Source: Lama guanicoe (taxonomy: Eukaryota). From it: a DNA stretch of 64,000 nucleotides. The first letter of the stretch is position 1. Each line of letters begins with the position of its first letter. The notes under the pieces were generated by a model. It saw only the letters and a program-made list of their open reading frames with translations. It had not been told where the DNA came from and searched no databases. The stretch spans positions 2,928,524-2,992,523 of the forward strand of contig MU053873.1 in the NCBI GenBank assembly GCA_013239625.1, in the 5' to 3' direction. Shown here in pieces: positions 11,151-23,780 of the stretch. The translations under genes and the position numbers were made by a program.

Positions 11151-11343
11151 CCTGGTAGTGCAGCTGGAAGGTCCCGAGGCCGTCGTCCTGGAAGGTCCGG
11201 AAGTAGACGGAGATGGTATTGGTGGGGCTCCGGATTACCTGCCCCTCCACCAGGAGGGTGTGGTTGGCCAGAACGGTCAGGGAGGGGCCGTCCACCCCGC
11301 GGATGGAAAGCAGCTCCCCTTCAGACAGGTTCACACTCTTTAC
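11151..11343 (-). CDS. SEZ6L: SEZ6L exon 4 (193 bp), second half of CUB1
   Basis: VKSVNLSEGELLSIRGVDGPSLTVLANHTLLVEGQVIRSPTNTISVYFRTFQDDGLGTFQLHYQ; acceptor ccccag|GTA, donor CAGG|gtagga. Confidence 0.97.
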
Positions 11344-11400
11344 CTGGGGATGAACAGGGGCAGACAGAGAGAACCTGAGTCGTGTTTAAGACAGGACCCT

Positions 11401-11529
11401 GGGTCGGGGGTGTAGAGCTCAGGGGTAGAGTGCGTGCTTAGCACGAACGAGGTCCTGGGTTCAATCCCCAGTACCTCCATTTAAAAAAATAGACAAGAAA
11501 ATTTTTTTAAGTTTAAAACTTAAAAAAAA
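11401..11529 (+). mobile_element. tRNA-Ala-derived SINE (Vic-1-related, short form)
   Basis: gggggtgtagagctcaggggtagagtgcgtgcttagcacgaacgaggtcctgggttcaatccccagtacctcca plus A/T-rich tail; Pol III A and B boxes; short TSD aagacag on both sides. Confidence 0.88.
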
Positions 11530-13475
11530 GACAGCCCCCCCCCCCACGCCAGGCTTTGAGGCTACCAGCACAGCAACCTACCCCTCCTCCAACCAGCCCT
11601 GGGTCCACGGAGAAGACAGGCCCCAAGCCCCAGCCCTGGGAACATCCAGAGCCCTGGGAACACCTAGACCCCCTTCCTGTCCCTAAAGGGCTGAGGGGAC
11701 AGAGTGAAACCAAGCTGCAGGGTGGAGGCACTGCAAGGGTCTGTGAGCCCCCTTAGCTGGGTCCCACGAGACAGGCTTCCGGATGCTGGCAGCCGAGAGA
11801 CTCTCCTGGACCTTATTTTTCAGCATGTGCCTCAAGTCCCATCTCCAGGGAGACAGAAGAAGGCCTTTCACCAGAACATAAGTTCCAGGGAGGTGGGAAA
11901 ATTTCCATGTTGCTCAGGGTCCTCAGTGCCTAAAATAGTGCCTGGCACATGGCAGGTGCTCAATAAATATTCATAGAACGGCTGAATACATTCTTGCCCC
12001 AGCTGGTGAGGGAGTGAGGGGGCCTCATCTCTAGAATTTTCTCATCCTCCCCAATGGTGGCTTCAGTGGCAGAGCTCCCTCCAAGAACCGTGTACTTGGT
12101 CTGCTAAGTCCATTTTCCAGGCTTGAGAGACAAAGAATGGAGATGTTTTACTTATACACAAGGACAAATGGAGCCAGGGGTCAGGTGGGGCCTTTAGTCC
12201 CCAGTGCTCATTTTGAACATTTCTGCTTCTCCTAGTGGGGCCTGGAACCCCAAACCCTCTGTCTCTTGTCTAAGCGAGGCAGGCATTACCCACAAGCCTT
12301 TTCTTTTTCGGAGCAAACACCTTTCTCTTCTCTTTGATGAACTCCTACTCATCCACCGAAGCCCCACTAACACTGCCCTCCATTGTGAGACCTTCCCTGA
12401 CTGCCAAGAAACTTGCCTGTCCCTCCACCATGATTTTTACAACATCTGCTATCAACACTACTAGAGACCTTTTCAAAAGGCATCCCAGGGTCTTCTCTGT
12501 GTGCCTATCTCAGTCACAAAACAGTGAGACAGTGCTTTAGGGCAGACACTGCATCAGTTTTGCACACCATCCTGTCCCCTAGTGTCAACTGCTGTGATTG
12601 GTATATAGTAGGTGCTCAGTGAAGGACTTCTACGGTGCCTGATACAGAGCTGTGTACAGCATGCGACACAGAGTGGGTCTCTTCAAGTGGAGGAAACTGT
12701 TCATTCAGTTCCAGAATCAGAGGGACTGCAACTGTTCTCTGGCTGAATTCCATGAACATTCATCAAGGACCTACTACGTGCCACACGTTGTGCTAAGCTC
12801 TGGGGGCTGCAAGGACCATTGCATTGTTGAGAGGCTTCTCTTTTATCCTCCCCATACAACCAGAAAGTCTTTTGAAAGTAACATTCTGCTTAGGTCATAC
12901 AGCTGACTGTGCCTCAAGACTTCTGGTGACTCTTTATTGCCCATTAGAAAAAGGTACATGTCCAGCCCTTTAACCTTGGCCTGGAAGGGTCTGCCACCAC
13001 GTGGTACTGGCCCCCATTTCTGGCTTCACTTCCATCCTTTCCTCTCGGGGCAGTGAACAGGACAGTTCACCACTCCCCAGGACAGCTCCTCAGTTCATGT
13101 GGAAAAGGACCTCTAAAGATGGGGTGGTTGGTGAGGGGTGGCCTGGAACCAGGGAGGGGATAATTGGTAACATGCATTGAGCACCCTCTCTGTCTCCCCT
13201 AGGCTCTGGGTGGATGCTCTCTGTGCATTGTCATATTTATCCTTCAATGAGACTCTGTACAGTAACAACATTTTCATCTCTGTTTTACTGATGGGGAAAC
13301 CGAGGCTCAGAGAGATGACATCCCTTGCCCAAAGCCAAGCAGCATTACTGGTAGAGCTGGGACTTAAAACCCAGCTGTTTGAACACTATGCCAACCTGCT
13401 TTTCTGTTTTTAGTTCCCAGGCAAAAGGTTAGCAAACAAATGAACCAGGTGGGGCTTCCATGAGTATGAGTGTAT

Positions 13476-13477
<2 letters not shown>

Positions 13478-13509
<32 letters not shown>
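13478..13509. repeat. (GT)n microsatellite
   Basis: About 16 GT units in intron 3. Confidence 0.95.
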
Positions 13510-13512
<3 letters not shown>

Positions 13513-13793
13513 ATAAATTCGATAAGCAGGGTATCAGAGGACTTTCCTTCTGGGTTTAATGTCTCACAATTTATCAACACATCCTCTTGCTTCCATGTAC
13601 GCTAAGAGATTTCCAGCTGTGCACTGAGTCGGGAACTCCTGTTCGTCCGCCAAAGCCCAGTTCAAACTGCCACAGTTAGGGAAAAGACAGAACCAGACTA
13701 GTTAGGATGATGACACCGATCCTGGCTCAGACCACCCTCCAGAGACTTCCTGCAAGAAGATGCAGCCACCGCAGGGCACCTTTCTGGGCTTAC

Positions 13794-13927
13794 CTGCAGC
13801 TCCACTCCATAGCCAGTGTAGACTGTCACATTGTAGGTGCACTCCAGGAAGCTGTTGAGAGGCAATGGTGGGTAATCACTGGAGTCGATGTACCCTTCAG
13901 GATCGGAGAAACTCACACTGCAGAGAG
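13794..13927 (-). CDS. SEZ6L: SEZ6L exon 3 (134 bp), first half of CUB1
   Basis: (A)LCSVSFSDPEGYIDSSDYPPLPLNSFLECTYNVTVYTGYGVELQ; acceptor ctccag|CT, donor CAG|gtaagc. Confidence 0.97.
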
Positions 13928-14741
13928 CTGGAGGAAAGCACTGTAATTAGGACAAGGAGAACAGCTCAGATGGAATCTCTCAGATGGGCTGTGGGCTGGA
14001 ACAGGTCCACTGGGAATACCTGTGTCCTCCTGGCCCCTCTCCTCCCACTGCTGTTAATTCTTCAGCCCCAGAATCAACTTGATAATTAAACAGCAATGGT
14101 TGGCATGGAATAATGACTTACTGCATGTTGCTAAGCACCTCATCAGTCTACAGTGGGGACCCCTGCATCTTCGGAGGGACTGATATTTTGTTCTCATTTT
14201 AGAAATAAGTAAAGCAAAGCTCAGAGAGGGAGAGCATCTGGGTCAAGCTCACACAGCGATCAGGAGTCAAACCCAGAGCTCACACTCTTTAATGAGTGGC
14301 CACTTTGCATCTGTCCAAAATTAATGAGTGATTGACAGCCGATGTCTCTCTTCTGTGTCTGAGATGGAAAAGAGGATAGAAGAAAGACTGGAACACAGAA
14401 GTGCATTTTATCAAGTTCATGGAATAGTAAAAGCAAAAGCGTGGTGGAAGGCTAGGGCCTTGTAGGCAAGCTAAAGGGTTCTGCTCCAAGGCGACAGGCT
14501 GGGAACCACACTCCTGAGCTGTGTGGCCTTGGGCAGGCTGCTTCATGTCTTAGGGTCTCAGGTGTCTCTTCTCTAAACTGGGGATATTAATTCCGAGCCA
14601 CAAGGTCAAGCTCACAGTCAGTGCTCCCAGATGGTAACTAATGGTGGGGCGTAGGCCTCCCTGGGGCCCCCTCCCCCCCATGCCTGGAGCACAGCGGGTG
14701 CCCCACAGCCCCGAGGGCTGGAAGAGTTGGGGGATGCATAC

Positions 14742-15512
14742 CTGGGGCCTGCTCGGTGGTGATGACCGTGGTGGTAATGATGGTGGACGTCGTGGTCTCC
14801 TGGCTCTCCTCTGAGGCCGACCCGGTCAGCTCATTCTCACCTTTGTCCATCAGGGTCATGGGACTGGCGTCCTCAGGAGGAGCCTCGGGGACCTCCTCGG
14901 GCATGGCGGGTGCCCCGGCGTCGGGGTCGGGGCTCTGGGGGAGCGTGTGGGCCAATGGCGACTGCGAGGTGAAGGGGGCGATCTGCAGGGGTGCAGGCGT
15001 CGTGGGGACCGCACTTTCCTTCCGCTCCAGCCAGAGGGGCTCCTCCGAGGACAGGGTGCCAGTCTCCTCTCCTGCGGAAGCCAGGTGGTCCAGGTCCCCT
15101 GGGGGGCGAGGCTTCTCCGTAGCAGAGGAGAGGAGACCCAGGCCGGGGGATGCTGACTGGGACCCCACCCTCCGGACCGCTGCTGCAGAGGTGGCCTTGG
15201 GCCTCAGCTGCATCCTGGCTGAGTTCACCTGCTTGAGCGAAGGCACCTTCTTCCTCGGCGGGGAGGCGTGCCCGGTGCTCGGCTCCTCCGGAAGCGGAAG
15301 CAGTGTGGACGGGGCTACTGAGTCTTGAGGTGCGGATGGGACTGTCCCTTCCAACTCAGGCTCATGAAGCTCTTCCCCGAGCTGTGCTGGATTCAGAGGG
15401 GCCATGGTCACTCTATCTTCGGGGGTCTCTTGGCTCAGACTGCTGCTCCCCATGGCTCCCGAGGGCAGAAGGTAAGTACCCGAAGGACCAGTGTCTCCCT
15501 CCAGTGGCATAT
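14742..15512 (-). CDS. SEZ6L: SEZ6L coding exon (putative exon 2), 771 bp, phase 1-1; Pro/Ser/Thr/Glu-rich N-terminal ectodomain region
   Basis: Translation DMPLEGDTGPSGTYLLPSG...PSLKQVNSARMQLRPKATSAA...MDKGENELTGSASEESQETTTSTIITTTVITTEQAP matches SEZ6L. Acceptor ttccaag|AT at 15512, donor CCAG|gtatgc at 14742. Confidence 0.96.
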
Positions 15513-18500
15513 CTTGGAAAGAGAACAGACATCAGTTAGCTTGGGGCTGGGGGCTTTAGGTCCTCCACCGGACAGACTCTGAGGGTGGCCCTCCTAAGGT
15601 GGCACCCAAGGCTTGCCAGGATGCCAGCACAGTCCAGTCAACCGATGCAGGGGGCACCTCATTTCCTTCTTCCCTTCCTCCCTTCCTTCTCCCGATCATG
15701 GATTTGTACGGTTGATCGTGCCCAGTCTGAGCTAAGCAGAAACTGAGAGCATAAGAATCTCACAGTCCAGTTGGGTATGTCCCGGGAGGGGAAATCAGAA
15801 AATAGAAGCAATCATATTGCATGTGATAAACACTATGAAAGAGAGAAGCTTTGTGTGCTAAGAGGACAGAGAGGACAGGCCCCCAACGCAGTCTGTGGGA
15901 AAGGACTACCACGTACAGTTGAGCAGGTTGTTCACTGCGCAAGGAAATCGCATGAGGAGGAAGAGTGGGACTGTAACCAACCCACAGTCTCTTCTCCAAG
16001 CTGTGTGCCCCAACTCAGGGCTATATGGTCCTGGGATCGGGGGAGGAATTTTGTTTTTGTTTTTGTTTTTACTAAATACTATAAAAGGGACCTCGTGGGA
16101 GACCTAGAAAGATTTGAGTATCCAGAATCCTGAGGCAGGTTTAGTATAGAGGTGAGGCTCAGGTGAGGGCAAAAGAGGAAGACAAGAGAACAGGCGACGG
16201 AGGTGGAGGGTGATTCGAGAGAAAGCTGGTGAGGTAGGGAGGTTGGGGCCAGGCTCTGGTGGACTTTGTATGTGCTGCTCGCTGGCTCCTTGTGATTTAT
16301 TTTTGTCTTGAAAGTAAAACTACCTAGTAATTGTAAACAAGGACTGCCGTTTGGCAGAAGCATGCCCAAAGCAGCTTCATCTACTTATCTGAAACTCAGG
16401 GCTGCCAACTGCAAGCTGATAAGTGGCTTTCTCTCTCTGAGCCTCCGCTTCCCCAGCTGTGAAATAGGGCCATTGTCCCATAGTTGTTATCATTCAAGGG
16501 TTGACATCATTCAGTGTATTATATGATGTGTATAACACGTACGTACATAGGGGTCCCTCACCAACAGTCAGTGCCTAGCACATGCCAGCTCTGTCATCGT
16601 CCTTACTACTGTCATTGCAATCTCTCCTCTCAGCAGGATGCTGGAGCAGTCAGAACATTCCCAATGATGACGATCTCAAGATAGAAAGGAATTACGTCCT
16701 GGGGACAAAGGCACTCAGACCGATAGCTGTCCTTGTCGATATTCCACAGAAAGACACTCGCTCAGCATCAGTCTCGGGCCCTTGAGCACTGTCATTTAAA
16801 TTTATTTCCGCCGCCGCTGGAAAGGTTCATTTACTTTCATGGAGTCGGGGGCAGTGGCTTCATCTATACAGACTGCAGCCGCCTGCAACTGGCATCGACA
16901 GATGTTCCTGCCGTGTAACACTGGTTACCAGCCTGTGCATCCCGGGCCGACCTGGCACTGGGGCAGGAGCGGGCATCAGGGAGGAGAGGGTGTGTGGATG
17001 ACCTGAGGACAGATCAAGGTCATCCAGGTGCCAGGCAGGTTTCTCGGTCCAAGAAAGGGCCAAGAAGAAGAGCTGAGGCCTTGGAGTTAGACCTGGGTTC
17101 AAATCCTGCCTTTGACAGTTACTAGCTGGGTGAACGTGGGCAGGTCCATTAAGCCTCTTTTTTGTGTAATAGACATACTCCATTGACTTCGTAGGATCAG
17201 ATCAGATTGCGCGTCTGTGCAAAAGCTGTGACTTTTATGCTCACAGTGGCCTTTATCAAATGATTGATGCTGACCATCTTTGTGGGCTATTGAGTGAGGA
17301 GGTGATGAGACAAAAATAGGAGAGGATGAGGGTTCAGGACACTTGACTCTGGAGCTGTGGTTCGATGCACGGAGCTTGGATGCAACCAGGGTTTGGGGGA
17401 CCTGGTTGACGATCCTGTCTTGATTATTACTTCCTGTTATAACAGTGTGGATTTTTCTCTTCTCTCCAACTTCTCTCTCTCTCTCTGTTGAATGGGCAGC
17501 CAGACTCGATGGGGCCTAAGGGCCCTTCCCGCTTTGACATTGTTGATGATTGAAACAATCGGGTAATTGGCAATTATTCTTCGAGCCTGTTGGTAATCCT
17601 GCTAAAAAGGGCAAAGTGACAGCCTTGATCCTGACACTGGATTGTGACTTTAGCTGGGTCCTGTGGCTATGTTAATTTCAGCCAGTCTTTTTACAAAATT
17701 GTCCCCTTGATCACAAGGGGCTGGATGAGAGTGAGGAAGGAGAGGGTGTGGGAGATCAAGATACTGGGAAGCAAGTCGTTTCAAAGAAGGTAATGAAAGA
17801 TTATCCACGACACGAAGCATGTCAGTGCGCCTTGGCCACAGTGATAGTGGCAGTGAGAACATGTAATTCTTAATGACTTGACAGAGTGCTGAATACGTGA
17901 ATTGAGGCATGGGCTAAACGCTTTGTATCTACTGCCTCATTTAATTCTTTCTCCACTTTATTAATTAGAAATTACTACTCCTATTTTATGGGTGGGCAAA
18001 CAGAAGCTTTGGGGTACTGAGGAACTTTCCAAGGTCATATTGCAAAGCTGGGTTTCAGATCTTGGTTTTCCTAATGGCGAAGACCATGCCGCTAGCTGTC
18101 AAGAAATATGGGGTATTCTCACTTGCAAATGTTTCCTCAGCTTGAATCAACCTCTCCCCTGCCAACACCCCTCTCTCTAAAGCCTCATTTTGTTTGTGTT
18201 TCTGCTGGGTGGGCTACAGTGTTTCTTAAACCCTCCGGATGATACTAGCCCCACCCCTCAACGTCTTCCTTGTGAAAATACGAAGTTTCGGGCTCCCCTG
18301 CCAGACCCATCACCCCTGAATCTCCCGGCTTGCTGAGAGCCCATGCGGCCAACAAGAGCAGGAGGAAACACAAGAGAAAGGATCCTGTAGTCAGCTTCCT
18401 CCCCACAGTCACTGCTCTCATCCCTGGGGTCCCCAGGGCAAAACCGGTCCCAATCACGGTAGCAATGAAGCGTTTAAGGAAGTCAATCCACTGGACTGAG

Positions 18501-20314
18501 TCAGCCCTTTCCCACTGAACACCTGGCTGCTGAGAAGAGTTGCACATCCACCGTGTAAATTCACCTCCCTGCCCCCGACGTCCCCTCCTCCTCAGAGCTC
18601 ACACACGCTGGGGTCTTGCTGGCTGGCTCCAAACTTAAGACCACGTTGAAGACAGGTGAGTGTCTATCTGTGGTCTGCAATGTGTGCAGCCTTTGAGACC
18701 TGGCCTACGTCCTCGGCCAGGACGCAGGCCAGGTGAGTGCCACCTGAAACCAAGTCCCAATTTGAGAATTAGTCCAAATTGGATTCCACAGCCTCAGAGA
18801 TCCAGAGACTGAACTTGCTTGAATAGTCCGGGTTTTCCTGGGGCTTCCCAGTGACCACTGGGTTGAATTAACTCCTTTTTCTCAGAGCACTTAACTTTTC
18901 CAACCATCGTAGTCACATGGGCTGATTTTTCCTTCATCATGTGCATTCAGTGCCCCACTGGAATGCTGCCAGTCAGTTAACGAGTGAATGCATCGGGTAC
19001 TGACTCTCTCTGATGGTTGAAAGTCAACACTCGAGGATATGGTCCCTGCATTCAAGTGAGGAGGGCAGACACACAGCGACATCCCCACATGGGTATCAAA
19101 CAGAAGAGGCAGAGCGCTAATTAAATACATCCTGATGTTGGTTTCCCCTCTTGAGACAAAACTGAGCAACTGAGCATTTGTTCCGCCACCCAAGGTGCAG
19201 GGTTGGGGGAGGGGGAGGGGGAGGGAGGAACATATCTTTCTCTCTTTTTTCTAACGTTGATGGGGAGATGGGAAGTTAGACTTGGAAGCATCCCATGAAA
19301 GTAGAAAAACCACAAGTTCTGAAGCTTTGAAGCTGAAGATTTGTACCTTAAATGCCGAGTGGCAGTGGAATGACCAGGAACGGCCTGGATTCTAAGTAAT
19401 AGCACATCGTCACACAGGCACCAGAGGGTAGAACGGGAAGTGGAGGAAACAGAAGCCGGATGGTGCTTCTGCTACAACGTTCAGTGGAAAGAGCAAGCGG
19501 TAAAGTTCTCTGGTGTGGACACAACCAACTAGAAACAACCAACTAAAACAGATCACAATGCAGAGAGTCCTTCTCCCATCGGAGGAATGGCTCCCAAATG
19601 GTGATCCTGGCTTGCCTCTGGGTGGTGGGACCTTCGGCAATGTCTTTTTTTCCTTGTTTGGTATTTTCCAAAATGGGCACAATAAATATTTAGGACCTTC
19701 TTAAAAAAATTATAAAAAGAGCAAGGTTTAAATGCTGCCTTTGGCACCTCGTGATGGAGAGGACGAGGGGGAGCAGACACACATTTGTAATCATAGAAGC
19801 GCTTCATTCACTAACTGAGTCATTGACCCCCTTTGGGATGCAGGCTCCTGGTGGGGATGGTGGCAATTCTTCTCTTTGGACTGTTCACAGGGAGTAAATT
19901 TAGGAGGTAGGAATGGTAGGTGGATCAGTTGATATCTTTTTGCTAAACAACAGTACAAAAATGTTAGCCACTATTTCATCATCAATATTAATACTTGATT
20001 CAGTCGTGGGTTCTTGTATTTTCATACTGCACAAGAAGGACTTGCCTAGTTCACCCTGGTCAGTTTGCTTGGCTGTCCCCAACAGGGACAGAACCCAAAA
20101 CTAAACATCACGTCTTGCAGATCAGAAGTCTCCCGGAGCTTCTGATTACAAATGCCCAGAGGATGGACTTGATGTCGAGAGGGAAAATGGGCTCACACAG
20201 CATGTTAGCAGCCGTAACAAAACAAGGCGACTCGAGGCTTGAAAAACCACACCAAAGCACATCAAATGAAACTAGAAGCATCTGGACTGCCGTGAAGAAT
20301 GTCAGTTCATTCTA

Positions 20315-20523
20315 TGCTTTCTGGGATGGAAAATTCTTTGCTGGGGACAAGGGGAGGTCCAGTGCCGTTTAGGATCAGCAGCATTCCGGGCCTCTACTCA
20401 TTAGGTGGCAGTAGCTACCTACCCCCATCCCCAGTTGTGACAATAAAAAATGATTGCAGACATTGTCAAATGTCCCTTTAGTTGGGGAGGGGGAAGAAAA
20501 CGGGCTCTAGTTGAAGACCACTG
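20315..20523 (-). mobile_element. MER20 hAT MITE
   Basis: ccagttgtgacaataaaaaatgattgcagacattgtcaaatgtcccttta...ttgaagaccactg. Confidence 0.75.
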
Positions 20524-21789
20524 GCACTGCCCCCGGAACAGGACAGATCTTCTGTCCCATTCCTGGAGTTGATCTGCTTTGTTTTGCTTATATCATTGAA
20601 TTTTAGGGTGGAGAAAGTCTTAGCAAAACCCCCATTTTATAGATAAGGACATTGAAATGAGTGAGGGCTGAGTTTCTTTCTCCCACTCACGTTTGATCAT
20701 TCATTCATTTATTCAGGGAGCGCCCACTATGCACCACTATGCACTGGGTCAGGCCAGGGGTGTTGGCATCCCGGGGTCCACCTTGGATAGAAAATAGCCA
20801 GAACTGATGACCACAACCCATTCCTCTCAGCCAGAGAGGACCCAGCTCAGCCGGCTCCCTCAGCCCTGTGGGAACGAGGACCCTTGGGTAGATTCGCGGT
20901 GCTGGCCCCGTGCGGACTTTGAGAAGACTTTCTGGGACAGAAAGGGCAGACATGCAGGGTACGCTCAGGGGGAAATGGGGCTTTGTCTAGTGCCTCAGTC
21001 GCAGCCCTCTACCTGTGCCCAGGCTAACGGTACTGATATTCAGGAGGTGACGGACACCCTGCTAAGTGCATTCCCAGCTGTGATCTTATTCCAGCCTCCA
21101 AACAAGTCCGTAAGATCGGCATGTTGTTTCTCCCATTGTATAGATGAAAAAAAGAAATCAAGGCTCAGAAAGTGGAAGTGACTCATGCAAGATCATGGAG
21201 CAAATTGGGGTGGAATTAGACACTTTCTGACATTATTTTCTGTGCCCTTTCCTCTTCCCCAGACCCACAAGTATTTTTCCCCTTATAAAACAGTTTATTT
21301 GAAAAATGGAAGAATATCTGAAAGGTGTAAAATCAGAATGATCAGCCCCGCCCCGCCCCTGCCCATCCACCAGTCCTGCCTTCCCAAGGGAACCCATGTT
21401 AATAGGATCTGGTTTCATCTCCAGATTAAAATGCATGGCTATACAAATAGTGAAGGGTTTTTACCTTAAAAGGTGTGACAGCGCATAGGCGTGTGGGGCT
21501 GGAGTCAGAGCTGCTTGGGTTCCAGACTCAGCCTGCTGCTACCTGCCCGCGAGACCCTGAACATTCCCTTCCCTCCTCTGGGCCTCTCTGTTCTCATCTG
21601 TGAGGCAGGATCATACCAGCCTCATCTCCTAGGGTTGCTTGAGAGTAAGATGAGATCACAAGTGAACGGCACAGTTCACACGGCAGCCTGTCAGCCCTCA
21701 GGGGCACGTTGTTGCTTTCTGTCTGTCAATCTGGATACTCACAGAGTTATGACATTCCATATATCGCTCTGTCACTTACTAAGAAATGC

Positions 21790-23780
21790 GTTTTGAAATA
21801 TTTCAGTCATGCAGAAAGAGCTAAAGACTGAGGCAACAAATTACTGTACACGTAACACTTTTAGCTTGAACAGAAGGCGGTCGAAGCCTGTCTGTTCCTC
21901 CCTACCATATGATCCTTCTTCCCCACCCCCGGGAGTAGCAACTGTCCTGAATTCGGCCTTCAGCACCCTCATTTATTATGTGCATTGTTTACATTTTACT
22001 GTTACTGTTATTTATTGTGTGCATTTATTTATCACACACATCAATATCTCAACAATATATGGCATTGTTCAGCCTCCTTTTCCTTTCTTTCCCTTCCCTT
22101 CCTTTTCCTTCCTTTCTTTTTGGTCAATAATTTGTGAGATTCATCTATCTTAAGTGTAGTTTTGATCAATTCTTTTTTCACTGCTCAATAGTATTCCACT
22201 ACACTAGTGTTCTATCACCAATTTTTCACCTCAAATCTATCATGGATATCTTTTTGTCAGCCCAGATGGGGCCACCTCGTTCTTTTTTAGTGGCTACATT
22301 AAAATAGAAACATATACATTATTGAACCAGGCTCTTAAATCAATTAATATTTAGGTTGTCGCCATTCTCCACCCTGTCTTCCCAATAACAGTGCAGTAAA
22401 TATGTATCTTTGGTGAACGTGTTCAGGTAATTCTACAGGACAGAGTCCTAGCAGTTGCATTGCTCAGCCAAAGGATGTACATATTTAAAATTTTGACTGA
22501 TACTGAAAAGGCTCTTTCCAGAATAATCTGAGCCTCTTTTTTACCCTGCCACCAACTCTACACAGGAGCACTGCTGCCCTCCAGCTTTGCCTATGCTTAA
22601 CTTCCGGTGACTTGTAACTAGACAATCTGAGATGGAATCTGGGGCAGTTGGGCTCAGGCACAGTGAGCTTCTAGAACACCTCCCAGGTGATTTCGAGGTG
22701 CTCTGTCTAGTTGCTGCTAAAGCTGTGCCCCAAGTTGTTCTTGGCCCTTCACCTGCCTCACCAGGAGGCATCCAGGAAGACCATTCTAGGGTGAATGGAA
22801 AGTCCACCCCAGCATGGCCAGAGTTCATGTCACAGATCAGGCTGGTGATCGGGGGCAAATGAGGGCTAGGAAGAGAGTGTGGATGGAATGGCTTGAGAGC
22901 AAAAGAGGTTCCATCTAAACAGCAGGAGATTTCTAGGTAGATGGGCTGCTTGGTCACGTCCCAAAACGGAGGGACACTTATGGTCATGACACCCACGGGG
23001 ATGGTGCAAAGCGTTCACAATGCAAAGTAGGGCTGTTTGTATTAGCAAAAATCTGGAAACAGTTTGCCTGTCCGTCTAGAGGGGGCTCGCTAAACAACTG
23101 TAGAGGCACACAGGGGCACACATGCAGGGATGAGACACAGTTGCTGGTGAATAACATGGCGAGTGAGCTGCAGAACGTCCGGAATTACATCTCCCCTTTG
23201 ACTCAACAAGTCCGCTTCTGGGAACCTATCCTGCAGAGAGATGCCTGCCCCTGAGCAGAATGACACACATACAAGGTTAGGCAATGCAGCTCTGCGTGTA
23301 GGAGCAAAGGACTTGGAGACAAACCAAGTGTCCATCAATAAGGTTAAGTCAATTATGGAACATCCAGACAGAGCGCCGGGCAGCTGCAAGGAAAGATGGC
23401 GAAGTTGCCTGGGGACAGAAGCGGAGAGATGGCTGAGGTTTCCGTGTTGTTAAAAAGCAAACTGAAGAATGGTATGCAGAGTTTGCTGCTTTCAGTGTAA
23501 AAATGGGGAGAGAAAAATAAAGCTCAGTGTGTTTGCATTTGTTTATATGTGCATACGGAAACTCTGAAAGGAGACACAAGAAACTAGTCACGTTGGTTAC
23601 AGGGGAGGTGGAGCATTAGAAAATCCAGGATGGCGAGTAAGGGTGGGAAGGAGAATTTCCACTATGTACTTTTTCATAGATGCACATATATGTTTCTATG
23701 TGTGTATATGTATGTATATATACATATAGAAGTGTGTGCATGTGTGTGTCTGTATCAACAAAACATTACCTATTCAGTAA
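21790..23780. mobile_element. Cluster of old L1 (L1ME/MC-like) fragments; minus strand about 21790-22520, plus strand about 22990-23780
   Basis: tttgtgagattcatctatc...ctgctcaatagtattccact on the minus strand; ttggagacaaaccaagtgtccatcaataagg on the plus strand. Confidence 0.6.

Noticed and set aside
11406..11479. Functional tRNA-Ala(AGC) gene
   Set aside because: It has a 2-nt insertion ahead of the D-arm, anticodon-stem mismatches, an A-rich tail and a TSD, which fit a retroposed SINE or tRNA copy.
14638..14741. Read-through of the exon 2 donor giving a short secreted isoform
   Set aside because: The frame stays open 34 codons, but the donor is canonical and I saw no nearby AATAAA on the minus strand.
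14756..15328. 190-aa plus-strand ORF
   Set aside because: Antisense shadow of the GC-rich SEZ6L exon 2; low-complexity product with no independent gene signals.
19900..20300. Possible ancient CR1/RTE reverse-transcriptase remnant (SINIDDEIVANIF)
   Set aside because: The similarity is only a few residues by eye; it cannot be supported without an HMM search.
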